DNA of 64,000 nt from Thermodesulfovibrionales bacterium. GTDB lineage: Bacteria > Nitrospirota > Thermodesulfovibrionia > Thermodesulfovibrionales > CALJEL01. The position numbers and the translations under genes were made by a program. The stretch's first letter is position 1. Each line of letters opens with the position of its first letter. The notes under the pieces were generated by a model. It did no database searches. It saw nothing but the letters and a program-made list of their open reading frames with translations, and was not told the origin of the DNA. Shown here one piece after another: positions 56,480-64,000 of this stretch. Location: NCBI GenBank assembly GCA_026417875.1, contig JAOACK010000004.1, forward strand, positions 6,244-70,243, in the 5' to 3' direction.

Positions 56480-56553
56480 AAAGCTTAATCCAAAATCTAT
56501 ACTGCTAGCAAAATAAAAACCTTGCAGGCTTGCTTTTATGTTAAAATCTTTTC

Positions 56554-58452
56554 ATGGGTCTTGGAAGGATAAGTGACCTTACAAATCCAAAAACACTTGT
56601 CCTTTTCTTTTTACAATTCTTTCTTATAATAGCATTTCTTGGCTATCGCTACTACATGGACTCCTCAGAAACATGTATCAAATGCCATGGAGACAGGGAA
56701 AAGATGGAAGAACTCGGTTATCCCGGGTTTTATATGACCGAAGAAGAAGTTAAAAAGGAAACAGGACACAAGCATGCAACCTGTAGGGACTGCCATCTTG
56801 GAAATGGAAGGACAATGGATCCTGAGAAGGCACACAGGGGACTTTTAAGACCATTGTTCATAAGTCATGCCGGAGAGGTCCTTGAAAGAAAAAAACTCTA
56901 TAATAAATCAGAAAGTGAATTAAACAGACTCCTTCCAATGGGGAGTGACAGACTCTTTGAACTCCTTCCAAAGAAAAAAGATCAGGAAGGCAATTTATAC
57001 ATCCGTCCAGAGGTAAGAAATCTCCTCTGGCATGACAGGGATCCTGTGACCTTTAATTTTGACCCCGAGATTGCAGAGAAGACCTGTTCAAAATCTGGTT
57101 GCCATGTAGAGGAATTAAGGCAATTCAGAAAGACCATTATGGCAAGAAATTTCAGACAGAGGACTATGAGGACATGGCTTGAACCCTATGGACCTCACAA
57201 CTGTGGCCCATCCTTTGCAGATCCACCACCTCCTCCTGTACTTGAAAGCACTGAATTTGATTTCAATAACATAGAAAGAATCCGGCAAGAATTAAACATA
57301 GAATTCACAAAAGAACAGGCTTTGACAAAACAGAAATTCTGTAATGTCTGCCATGCAGGATGTCTTGACTGCCATTACACACCTGGGAAAAATGGAAAGG
57401 TTCATTCATTCACAAAGAAACCTGATTCTTATTCCTGTGCCGGATGGGGAAGGGGTAATTCCATATGCCACCCTGGTGCCATGCAGTCCAGAAGAGGAGC
57501 GACATATATTGGAAATGATTACTCAATCCCTCGGGGCATGGAACCAGACATACACTTTAAGAAAAACATACACTGTACTGACTGTCACCAGACTGGTGAA
57601 CTCGGAATGGGTGATATGGAGAGGAAGGCAGGCTGCCAGGACTGTCATGTGGAGATAGAGGAAGCTCATGAAAAATCTATTCATAAAAATCTTACATGCA
57701 CAGCATGCCATGTAAGGCGTGCAGGTGGCTATCAGATAACAGTTTGGGGGAGGGGCATTGTTGGTGGAAGGGATAATCCCTTTAAAAAATACTCTCTTTA
57801 TTATGGAATTCAGGAGCCCCTTATATTAATGAAGGACCAGAAGGGAAAGTGGTTTCCTGCAAAAATCTGGCCCCATGCAGTAGGAAATATAAAAATCGAT
57901 GTCATACCATCAGGAATAAAATTCCGCTGGCCTGATGGAAGTACAAGAGATATGTATGCAATAATGGGAACCTTTGATGGCCTACCTCAGGCAAACAGGC
58001 ATCTTCTCTGGCTAGAAATTCAGGAAGTGAGCCACCCCTTAGGAAAAGCCCGTAAATGTGATGACTGTCATAAGGAAAAACAGATCTCCCTTTCCAGCTG
58101 GGAGTTTCAGGACGACCAGGGTGCTGAGCCCTTCAGGGGTTCCTACAGGATATTTGCTGATAAAAATGGATTGATAATAGAAGAAATGAAAAATACGACG
58201 CCCATAAGACTACTTGAGGGATACAGGCTTGAGGACTTTGCCTCGTGGGTTTACCTGAAGGATAAATGGAAAATAGAAGGAGATTTTTCAATAAAGACAG
58301 ATGAAAAAAAATATATAAAATATCTCAGGCTTGATAAAAAAATAAGAAAGACTCCTGTAGCTGAGCTCAGAGAAAGGCTAGGTATAAAGGAAAGACTGAG
58401 ACCAAATATCATAAAGGCTATTGCCATACATAATCCTGATGGACTAAAATAA
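56554..58452 (+). CDS. membrane-anchored multihaem cytochrome c (8 CXXCH plus 2 atypical candidate sites)
   Basis: 632 aa. N-terminal TM helix. CXXCH motifs: CIKCH, CRDCH, CNVCH, CLDCH, CTDCH, CQDCH, CTACH, CDDCH. Atypical candidates: CSKSGCH (CX4CH) and CAGWGRGNSICH. Confidence 0.85.
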   Translation: MGLGRISDLTNPKTLVLFFLQFFLIIAFLGYRYYMDSSETCIKCHGDREKMEELGYPGFYMTEEEVKKETGHKHATCRDCHLGNGRTMDPEKAHRGLLRPLFISHAGEVLERKKLYNKSESELNRLLPMGSDRLFELLPKKKDQEGNLYIRPEVRNLLWHDRDPVTFNFDPEIAEKTCSKSGCHVEELRQFRKTIMARNFRQRTMRTWLEPYGPHNCGPSFADPPPPPVLESTEFDFNNIERIRQELNIEFTKEQALTKQKFCNVCHAGCLDCHYTPGKNGKVHSFTKKPDSYSCAGWGRGNSICHPGAMQSRRGATYIGNDYSIPRGMEPDIHFKKNIHCTDCHQTGELGMGDMERKAGCQDCHVEIEEAHEKSIHKNLTCTACHVRRAGGYQITVWGRGIVGGRDNPFKKYSLYYGIQEPLILMKDQKGKWFPAKIWPHAVGNIKIDVIPSGIKFRWPDGSTRDMYAIMGTFDGLPQANRHLLWLEIQEVSHPLGKARKCDDCHKEKQISLSSWEFQDDQGAEPFRGSYRIFADKNGLIIEEMKNTTPIRLLEGYRLEDFASWVYLKDKWKIEGDFSIKTDEKKYIKYLRLDKKIRKTPVAELRERLGIKERLRPNIIKAIAIHNPDGLK

Positions 58453-58455
58453 TTC

Positions 58456-58914
58456 ATGAAGAAACTTCAGAAATTCTACAAGCTTAAAGAGAGGGAAGGC
58501 TTTACCCTGATTGAGGTACTTGTTGTTATATTTATTCTGAGTATCCTTGCTGCAATTGTTGCACCAAAAATAATAGGAAGAACTGATGATGCGAGGATAG
58601 CAGAGGCAAAGCTCCAGATTAAAAACTTCGAGACAGCACTAAAGCTCTTTAAACTTGACAATGGCTTTTATCCCTCAACAGAACAGGGACTTGAGGCATT
58701 GATAACAAAACCCACCACAGGAAGGATTCCACCTAACTACAGAGAAGGCGGTTATCTTGAGCAGAAAAAGATTCCCCTTGATCCATGGGGAAATCCCTAT
58801 ATCTATCTCAGTCCTGGCATACATGGAGACTATGATATAATCTCCTATGGTGCTGATGGAAAAGAGGGAGGAGAAGGAAAGGACGCTGATATCACAAACT
58901 GGAACATTCAATAA
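58456..58914 (+). CDS. gspG: type II secretion major pseudopilin GspG
   Basis: Prepilin leader ...[25 protein letters not shown], then [31 protein letters not shown] and [13 protein letters not shown]...[13 protein letters not shown]. Confidence 0.92.
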   Translation: MKKLQKFYKLKEREGFTLIEVLVVIFILSILAAIVAPKIIGRTDDARIAEAKLQIKNFETALKLFKLDNGFYPSTEQGLEALITKPTTGRIPPNYREGGYLEQKKIPLDPWGNPYIYLSPGIHGDYDIISYGADGKEGGEGKDADITNWNIQ

Positions 58915-59344
58915 AGGATTTACCCTTATCGAGATAATCACAGTCATTTTTATCCTATCTATTGCTATTGCAATTGTCCTTCCATCAATTAATGTAGAAA
59001 GATCTATAACCTATGAAGTAAAGAGATTTGCCGCTCTTCTTAGATACATGCTTGATGAAGCAGCAACAAAAAAGGAGGTCCTCCATCTTACCATCGAGAT
59101 CCCTGAAAAAAGGGTGATCTATGAAATCGCTGAAGGCAGAAAGGAGGAATCCTTTAATTATTTTACAGCGGTAAGGTCTTCTTCAAGAGGAGATATTAGG
59201 GACTCTATACTAACTTTATTTTTCTATCCTACGGGAGTGAAAGAGAATTTTATCTTTACATTTCAGAATCGAAAGGAAAAGTATGAGGTAAATATAAATC
59301 CCATAAGCAGAAGGGTCAAGATAGAAAAGATTAATGAATTTTAA
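58847..59344 (+). CDS. gspH: minor pseudopilin (GspH-like)
   Basis: [25 protein letters not shown] class III signal. No start codon lies closer than 58847-58856, so it overlaps gspG by about 60 nt. Confidence 0.75.
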   Translation: MVLMEKREEKERTLISQTGTFNKGFTLIEIITVIFILSIAIAIVLPSINVERSITYEVKRFAALLRYMLDEAATKKEVLHLTIEIPEKRVIYEIAEGRKEESFNYFTAVRSSSRGDIRDSILTLFFYPTGVKENFIFTFQNRKEKYEVNINPISRRVKIEKINEF

Positions 59345-59708
59345 TTGGAAGAGCACTATTTTCACTGACATGTATAAGGATTCGGGTTTCACCCTCATAG
59401 AGGTACTCGTGAGTCTCGCTGTGGTGGGCTCTCTTGTGGTTGTCCTTTACAGTCTTCTTTATCATATGAATCTAAATCTTGAACATGAAGACCTTCTAAG
59501 AGCCACACTTCTTGCAAAGGAAAAAATCTATGAGGAACCACTTAAAAAAGAATCAGAGGAGGGCAGATTTCCTTCTCCCTACGATAAATTTTATTACAGA
59601 AAGACTATCATTGATACACCCTTTCAGGGCATAAAGATATTAAGACTCACAGCAGGCACAGATAGAGACTTGGTAACAATGGAAAGATTCATAAGAAAGA
59701 TTGAATAG
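59334..59708 (+). CDS. gspI: minor pseudopilin (GspI-like)
   Basis: [21 protein letters not shown] signal. A likely alternative start at ATG 59370 gives the short leader MYKDSG. Confidence 0.75.
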   Translation: MNFNWKSTIFTDMYKDSGFTLIEVLVSLAVVGSLVVVLYSLLYHMNLNLEHEDLLRATLLAKEKIYEEPLKKESEEGRFPSPYDKFYYRKTIIDTPFQGIKILRLTAGTDRDLVTMERFIRKIE

Positions 59709-59742
59709 ATACCCGGTAAAAACTAATTAAAGGTTAATAAGA

Positions 59743-60345
59743 ATGAGCACCCTGCCATTGATAAAGCATCTTCTAACTTTAAAAAGAGGTTTCACCCTTA
59801 TAGAGGTTCTTGTTGCATTAGCCATTGCCTCCATTATCTCAGTAGCACTTTTCAGCATCTATATCTCAATAGAGAATAATCTTTCTCAGATAGAAGGAAG
59901 GTCACTAAGGTTTCAGGAGGCCAGGAATTTACTTGAGATGCTTTCAAGGGAGATATCCTCAGCTTATTTAAACAGAGATGATCAGAGAACATTCTTTGTT
60001 ATAAAAGATAGAGATATCTTTGGAAAACCTGCCTCAGTCCTGAGTTTCACAGCCTTTAAAGAAAGGGGTCTGATGAGTATCAATTACGAGGTTAAGGAAA
60101 GGGATAAAAGACTTATTATTGTAAAGATAGAGGGACCTGCCTTCAGGCAAGAGAGAATGGAGGCAGAAATCATTGAGGATATTGAAGGATTTCTGGTTGA
60201 GATTCCTGACAAAGGTAACCCCCTCAGGACATGGGACAGTGAACTTACAAAAAGACTTCCCGAAAGGATCAGGATAACTATCAGGATTAATATTAACCAG
60301 AGAAAGATTGAGCTAACTGAGACAGTTTTCCCGAGGCTCAGATGA
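59743..60345 (+). CDS. gspJ: minor pseudopilin (GspJ-like)
   Basis: [24 protein letters not shown] signal. 200 aa. Position after gspI. Confidence 0.75.
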   Translation: MSTLPLIKHLLTLKRGFTLIEVLVALAIASIISVALFSIYISIENNLSQIEGRSLRFQEARNLLEMLSREISSAYLNRDDQRTFFVIKDRDIFGKPASVLSFTAFKERGLMSINYEVKERDKRLIIVKIEGPAFRQERMEAEIIEDIEGFLVEIPDKGNPLRTWDSELTKRLPERIRITIRININQRKIELTETVFPRLR

Positions 60346-61223
60346 AGAGGGAGAAAGAGAAAGGATTTATACTCATTCCAGTTCTACTTGTGTTTACTGT
60401 TATTATTGCTATGGTAGGAGACTTTTCCTATGAGATATTTGTGAATACAGTGAGTCTTAAAAATTATGTTATATCACAGAGGCTCTCTGTACTAGGCAGT
60501 TCTGCAATGGATTTCGCCATTGAACATATAAGCAATTATATGAAGGGACTTCAGTATACAGATCAAAGGGAGATTATCCTTGAACTTTCGGGATTTATTG
60601 ATGAAGAAGGGTTGAGTCTTGTCGTTATTTTGAGTGATGAGAATGCAAAATTTAATATTAATTCTCTCTATACCCACAGTAGCATTGATAAGACCAGGGC
60701 ACGTGAAGGCCTCAGAAAGCTTTTCCATAAGCTCAAGGTAGATGAAGCAATTGCTTATACCATCTCCGACTGGATAGACAGGGATAGCGATGAGGAATAT
60801 CCGGGTGGAGAAAGGTTTTCAAAAAACAGGGGTCTTTACAGTATTGAAGAACTACTCCAGATACCGGGTATAAATGAAGAAATATACGATAAACTCAAAC
60901 CCTATGTGACCTGCTATACTGATGGAAAGGTAAACATAAACTCTGCATCAGTTGAAGTCCTCCTTACTATGGATGGAATAACAGAGGCTATTGCAGAGGC
61001 TATTATAAATTATAGAAATGAAAGACCCTTTGAAAAACCTGAAGACCTCAAAAATGTATCAGGCATAAGTCCGGCAATTTATCAGTCCCTTCAGGGAAGA
61101 TACACTGTAAAGGCATTGGTTTATGGAATCACTATAAAGGCTGAACAATCAGGAATAAAGAAATTAATTCACGGAGTTGTTAATCCAGAGATATTAAGAT
61201 TAAAATATTACAGGGAAGAATGA
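60342..61223 (+). CDS. gspK: minor pseudopilin GspK-like
   Basis: Non-cleavable-type start KGFILIPVLLVF lacking Glu5. Helix-hairpin-helix/SAM-like segment (VNINSASVEVLLTMDGITEAIAEAIINYRNERPF). 293 aa. Confidence 0.8.
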   Translation: MKREKEKGFILIPVLLVFTVIIAMVGDFSYEIFVNTVSLKNYVISQRLSVLGSSAMDFAIEHISNYMKGLQYTDQREIILELSGFIDEEGLSLVVILSDENAKFNINSLYTHSSIDKTRAREGLRKLFHKLKVDEAIAYTISDWIDRDSDEEYPGGERFSKNRGLYSIEELLQIPGINEEIYDKLKPYVTCYTDGKVNINSASVEVLLTMDGITEAIAEAIINYRNERPFEKPEDLKNVSGISPAIYQSLQGRYTVKALVYGITIKAEQSGIKKLIHGVVNPEILRLKYYREE

Positions 61224-61224
61224 G

Positions 61225-62280
61225 ATGGCAAGGATTCTATTCATTGACATTGATAAAGAATTTAATATAATCATTTCTGAAAAAAACAGAAGGGATTTTA
61301 AAGTCCTAAGGTCTGTAAAACTCAAGAAAGAAGAATTTCACAGGATAAAAGCTGAAATGAATTCAGGTCTGTCCGGACTTAAGACCCCTCGTTGTTATAT
61401 CAGTCTGCCCCTGAGCAACTTTAATTTCAGGATAGTAGAGCTTCCCTTCAGGGAAGAGGATAAGATAAGAGAAGTTCTTCCCTTTGAATTAAAAGAAAAG
61501 ATCATCGAACCCCTTGAGAATTTTGTCTGGGATTTTTTAATACTTCCCTCTGAAAAAGAAGATACCCAGAGGGTTCTGGTTGTTTATACAAAAAAAGATG
61601 AACTAACTTCTCTCTTAAGGACTCTTTCAGATGTAGGGATCACACCCGATGTAATTAGCTCATTTTCTTTGAGATATGTAATTGAAAAAGGTTTAAAAAC
61701 AGAAGATCTGCTCAATCCGCCGGACTATAAAGACCACCTGCCAGAACTGATTAGAAAGGAATCTGAAAAACCCCTTATAAACCTTCTTAAAGGTGGCCTC
61801 GGTATCACTCTGGAGAGGGAGAATATTTTAAAAAGAATTAAGATAACGAACGTCCTTCTTATCCTTCTTCTCTCAGTCCTTATTCTTGCCTATACTGTAT
61901 CCATAAGGAGAAACTATTCAGAAACAGAGAGGCTCCGAGCTCTTATTGCCGAGGAATACAGAAAGGAATTCCCGCAGGAAAGGATAAAGGACGAATTACT
62001 TCAGTTAAAATCCCACCTGAAAGAGATAAAAGAGAAAAAAGATATACTTACAGGAATACCGGTAACCGAGCTTCTGAAGAAGATAAAACCTTCTGGAGCC
62101 ATTACTATTGATTCAGTAGATATAGATTCAAGGAGTATTACCATTAAAGGTGAATCAAGAGACCTTGCAGGAATTGAGGCCTTTAAGGAAAAGTTAAAAG
62201 AAGGTTTCAGAAATCCTGCTATCCTTGAAAGCGGACAGTTTTTAAATAAATTCAGATTTACTATAAAAGCTGAGAGATGA
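61225..62280 (+). CDS. gspL: GspL-like (PilM/PilN-like) bitopic assembly protein
   Basis: 351 aa. Cytoplasmic actin-like N-domain, a single TM (ITNVLLILLLSVLILAYTV), and a periplasmic C-domain. Gene order position. Confidence 0.65.
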   Translation: MARILFIDIDKEFNIIISEKNRRDFKVLRSVKLKKEEFHRIKAEMNSGLSGLKTPRCYISLPLSNFNFRIVELPFREEDKIREVLPFELKEKIIEPLENFVWDFLILPSEKEDTQRVLVVYTKKDELTSLLRTLSDVGITPDVISSFSLRYVIEKGLKTEDLLNPPDYKDHLPELIRKESEKPLINLLKGGLGITLERENILKRIKITNVLLILLLSVLILAYTVSIRRNYSETERLRALIAEEYRKEFPQERIKDELLQLKSHLKEIKEKKDILTGIPVTELLKKIKPSGAITIDSVDIDSRSITIKGESRDLAGIEAFKEKLKEGFRNPAILESGQFLNKFRFTIKAER

Positions 62281-62756
62281 TAAAGGAATTTTACAGAACA
62301 GCCATCCTGATATTTCTTGTTCTTACAGTTTTAATAACAGGCATTTTTATAAAGATAAAAACAGAAAAGGAACTGGCCTATCAGAAAAAGAGACTTAGCG
62401 AGTTCCGTATCCTTTTGACCGAATACAGGAATATCAAAGAAGAACTTTCAAAAATAGACAAAAGGACAGGCGGTAAAGCCCTCATTGAGGAGATAAATTT
62501 ACTTCTCCATACTACAGGCTTAAAGGGAAAGGTCAGGTCACTTAAAGAAGCTCAGAAGAAAGAGACATCCTTCGGTATAATTGAAGAGACTGAGCTTGTT
62601 ATGGAAAGACTCACCATGAATGAACTTGTAAATATCCTTTATCATGTAGACCAGAGACATTCTCTTTCAATAAGCCGTATAAGCATGAAAAGATCCTTTG
62701 ATTCTCCAGAGTTTCTAAATCTCACAGTCATGCTCTCAGGCCTGAAAGGGAGATGA
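62277..62756 (+). CDS. gspM: GspM-like (PilO-like) assembly protein
   Basis: 159 aa. N-terminal TM then coiled-coil/ferredoxin-like region. Position after gspL with a 4-nt overlap. Confidence 0.6.
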   Translation: MIKEFYRTAILIFLVLTVLITGIFIKIKTEKELAYQKKRLSEFRILLTEYRNIKEELSKIDKRTGGKALIEEINLLLHTTGLKGKVRSLKEAQKKETSFGIIEETELVMERLTMNELVNILYHVDQRHSLSISRISMKRSFDSPEFLNLTVMLSGLKGR

Positions 62757-63511
62757 TGCCTGCTTTTAGATTACTTAGGTACCTTGTCTTAATACTGATT
62801 AGCCTGGCAGTGATGATAGAAGGGCTCTGGCTCATTGCTATACCAGAAGAGCTTGTAAAGGAAAAATTGCTTTCCTTTATCCCGCCGGGCATAGAGATTG
62901 AGATCGATGGTTTGAAGAAGAAGATGATACCAGGGCTTTATATCCAAAGGGCTGTTTTAAAAGCTGGTGATACAGAGCTTATACTTAAGGAAGTCTCTGC
63001 ATCCATTAAACCTTCTCTACTAGTGGAAAGGCCTGGCATAAAAATAAAGGCAAATAACAGTATAATCCAGGGTAGTGTATATTCTGCAGGAGATGCGGTG
63101 ATAAACATAGATGGTTTGAGGCTTAGTGAAATCAAAAACCCTTATGTGAAAGGAGACTGTATACTTTTCCTTATTTCAGAGATAAAAGGGCAGAAGGGTT
63201 GGATAGAATTTTCTTGCAAAAATGCAAGGCTTGAACCTTTCAAAGAAGATAAACTCTATATACCGCTTAACCTCATAGATAATATCAGTGGAAGGATAAA
63301 TATTGATGGTAAAAATTTGACCATTGAATCAGTAACCTTTTCAGGAAAGGATATTTATGGAAGGATAAAGGGCACAATTGAAAATAAGCTTGCTGACCTT
63401 ATCATTGAACTAATGCCTGAAAAGGAACTGAACAGTTCTCTCATGCTATTAATGCCAGGAGCAATGGTCTCACCTGGATACTTTAAAATAGAGATAAAAA
63501 GGAGATTATGA
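62753..63511 (+). CDS. gspN: GspN-like protein
   Basis: 252 aa. N-terminal TM and beta-rich periplasmic body. Last gene of the G-N order. Its stop overlaps the der ATG. Confidence 0.55.
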   Translation: MMPAFRLLRYLVLILISLAVMIEGLWLIAIPEELVKEKLLSFIPPGIEIEIDGLKKKMIPGLYIQRAVLKAGDTELILKEVSASIKPSLLVERPGIKIKANNSIIQGSVYSAGDAVINIDGLRLSEIKNPYVKGDCILFLISEIKGQKGWIEFSCKNARLEPFKEDKLYIPLNLIDNISGRINIDGKNLTIESVTFSGKDIYGRIKGTIENKLADLIIELMPEKELNSSLMLLMPGAMVSPGYFKIEIKRRL

Positions 63512-64000
63512 AACTCCCTCTGGTTGCCATCGTTGGAAGGCCTAATGCGGGGAAATCCACCCTCTTTAACAGGATCATCAGGCAAAAAAAAGCCATAACT
63601 GAAAAAACACCCGGTGTTACCCGTGACAGGATAGAGGCACAGGCAGAATGGGATGGCAGGAGATTCATACTTGTTGATACAGGGGGTTTTACCGATATTG
63701 AAGATACAATAATGGCACAGGTACGAAAACAGGCACTTTTTGCTATTGATGAAGCAGATGTGGTGATCCATCTGCTTGACTCAAAGACAGGAGCAACACC
63801 AGAGGATATGGAATTAATGCGTTTTCTCAGGGAGAAAAATAAAAAGACCATCTTTGCGGTCAATAAAATTGACACACCTTCAAAAAAAGACCTTATCTAC
63901 GAATTTTACAAACTCGGTGATGAACCTATGCCTCTTTCTGCCCAGACTGGATATGGTATTGAAGAATTAATGGAGAGAGTTCTTTCGTTACTGCCTGAAA
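63508..64000 (+). CDS. der: ribosome-associated GTPase Der/EngA (N-terminal part, runs off window)
   Basis: My translation from ATG 63508 gives MKLPLVAIVGRPNAGKSTLFNRIIRQKKAITEKTPGVTRDRIEAQAEWDGRRFILVDTGGF, showing G1-G3 of the first GTPase domain. It is not in the track because no stop lies in the window. Confidence 0.9.
   Translation, partial: MKLPLVAIVGRPNAGKSTLFNRIIRQKKAITEKTPGVTRDRIEAQAEWDGRRFILVDTGGFTDIEDTIMAQVRKQALFAIDEADVVIHLLDSKTGATPEDMELMRFLREKNKKTIFAVNKIDTPSKKDLIYEFYKLGDEPMPLSAQTGYGIEELMERVLSLLPE

Noticed and set aside
56480-56553. Possible sigma54 promoter (TTGCAGGCTTGCT) upstream of the cytochrome gene
   Set aside because: The GG and GC elements are only 3 nt apart instead of the required spacing of about 10 nt. 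It does not match TGGCAC-N5-TTGC.
63355-63875. 138-aa and 130-aa minus-strand ORFs at the window end
   Set aside because: They are antisense to gspN and der. The plus strand from 63508 translates to a textbook Der/EngA N-terminus (GRPNAGKSTLFN...DTGG).

Overview
Gene-dense 64-kb chromosomal window from an AT-rich sulfate/sulfite-reducing bacterium. Gene content and the K/E/I-rich protein style suggest a thermophilic Thermodesulfovibrio/Nitrospirota-like organism, but that is inference only. Everything here was read by eye from the sequence and the ORF track; no searches were run.

Contents:
- The dissimilatory sulfite-reduction set sits in two loci. One is dsrA-dsrB-dsrD (43.4-45.9 kb). The other is dsrC-(RsbRD_N-like)-dsrMKJOP (17.3-23.2 kb), flanked by a HEAT/zinc-ribbon gene, a DsrE-like gene and a CbiA/DsrN-like amidase.
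- ffs(SRP RNA)-dnaX-ybaB-recR, and three tRNAs (Ser-GGA, Gln-UUG, Thr-CGU).
- A translation block: pheST, rplT, rpmI, infC, thrS, pth, rplY, prs, lysS, proS.
- lolCD, bioD, ilvC, psd (partial), degP, rapZ, nifS-like, hypE, mtaD, rsmE, csp.
- A long overlapping operon: proS-ppx-GGDEF-OFOR beta/gamma-GNAT.
- A Pif1-like helicase plus a THEP1-like NTPase.
- An L,D-transpeptidase/DUF882 pair.
- A flagellin-flbT-flaF module.
- A gspG-N pseudopilus/assembly operon directly preceded by a 632-aa membrane-anchored multihaem cytochrome c.

I saw no CRISPR array, IS element, integrase or prophage.

Most interesting observations:
- The cytochrome-pseudopilin operon, with the rest of the T2SS dispersed or absent.
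- A shared ~23-nt motif upstream of both dsrA and dsrC.
- An A9 slippery run in dnaX with nearby stops in both shifted frames.
- A coiled-coil gene inserted in infC-rpmI-rplT.
- A frameshifted pheT.
- An alphaproteobacterial-style FlbT/FlaF flagellin control module with a structured leader.
- A degraded gene next to tRNA-Thr.
- A WYL-like remnant after the Pif1 helicase.
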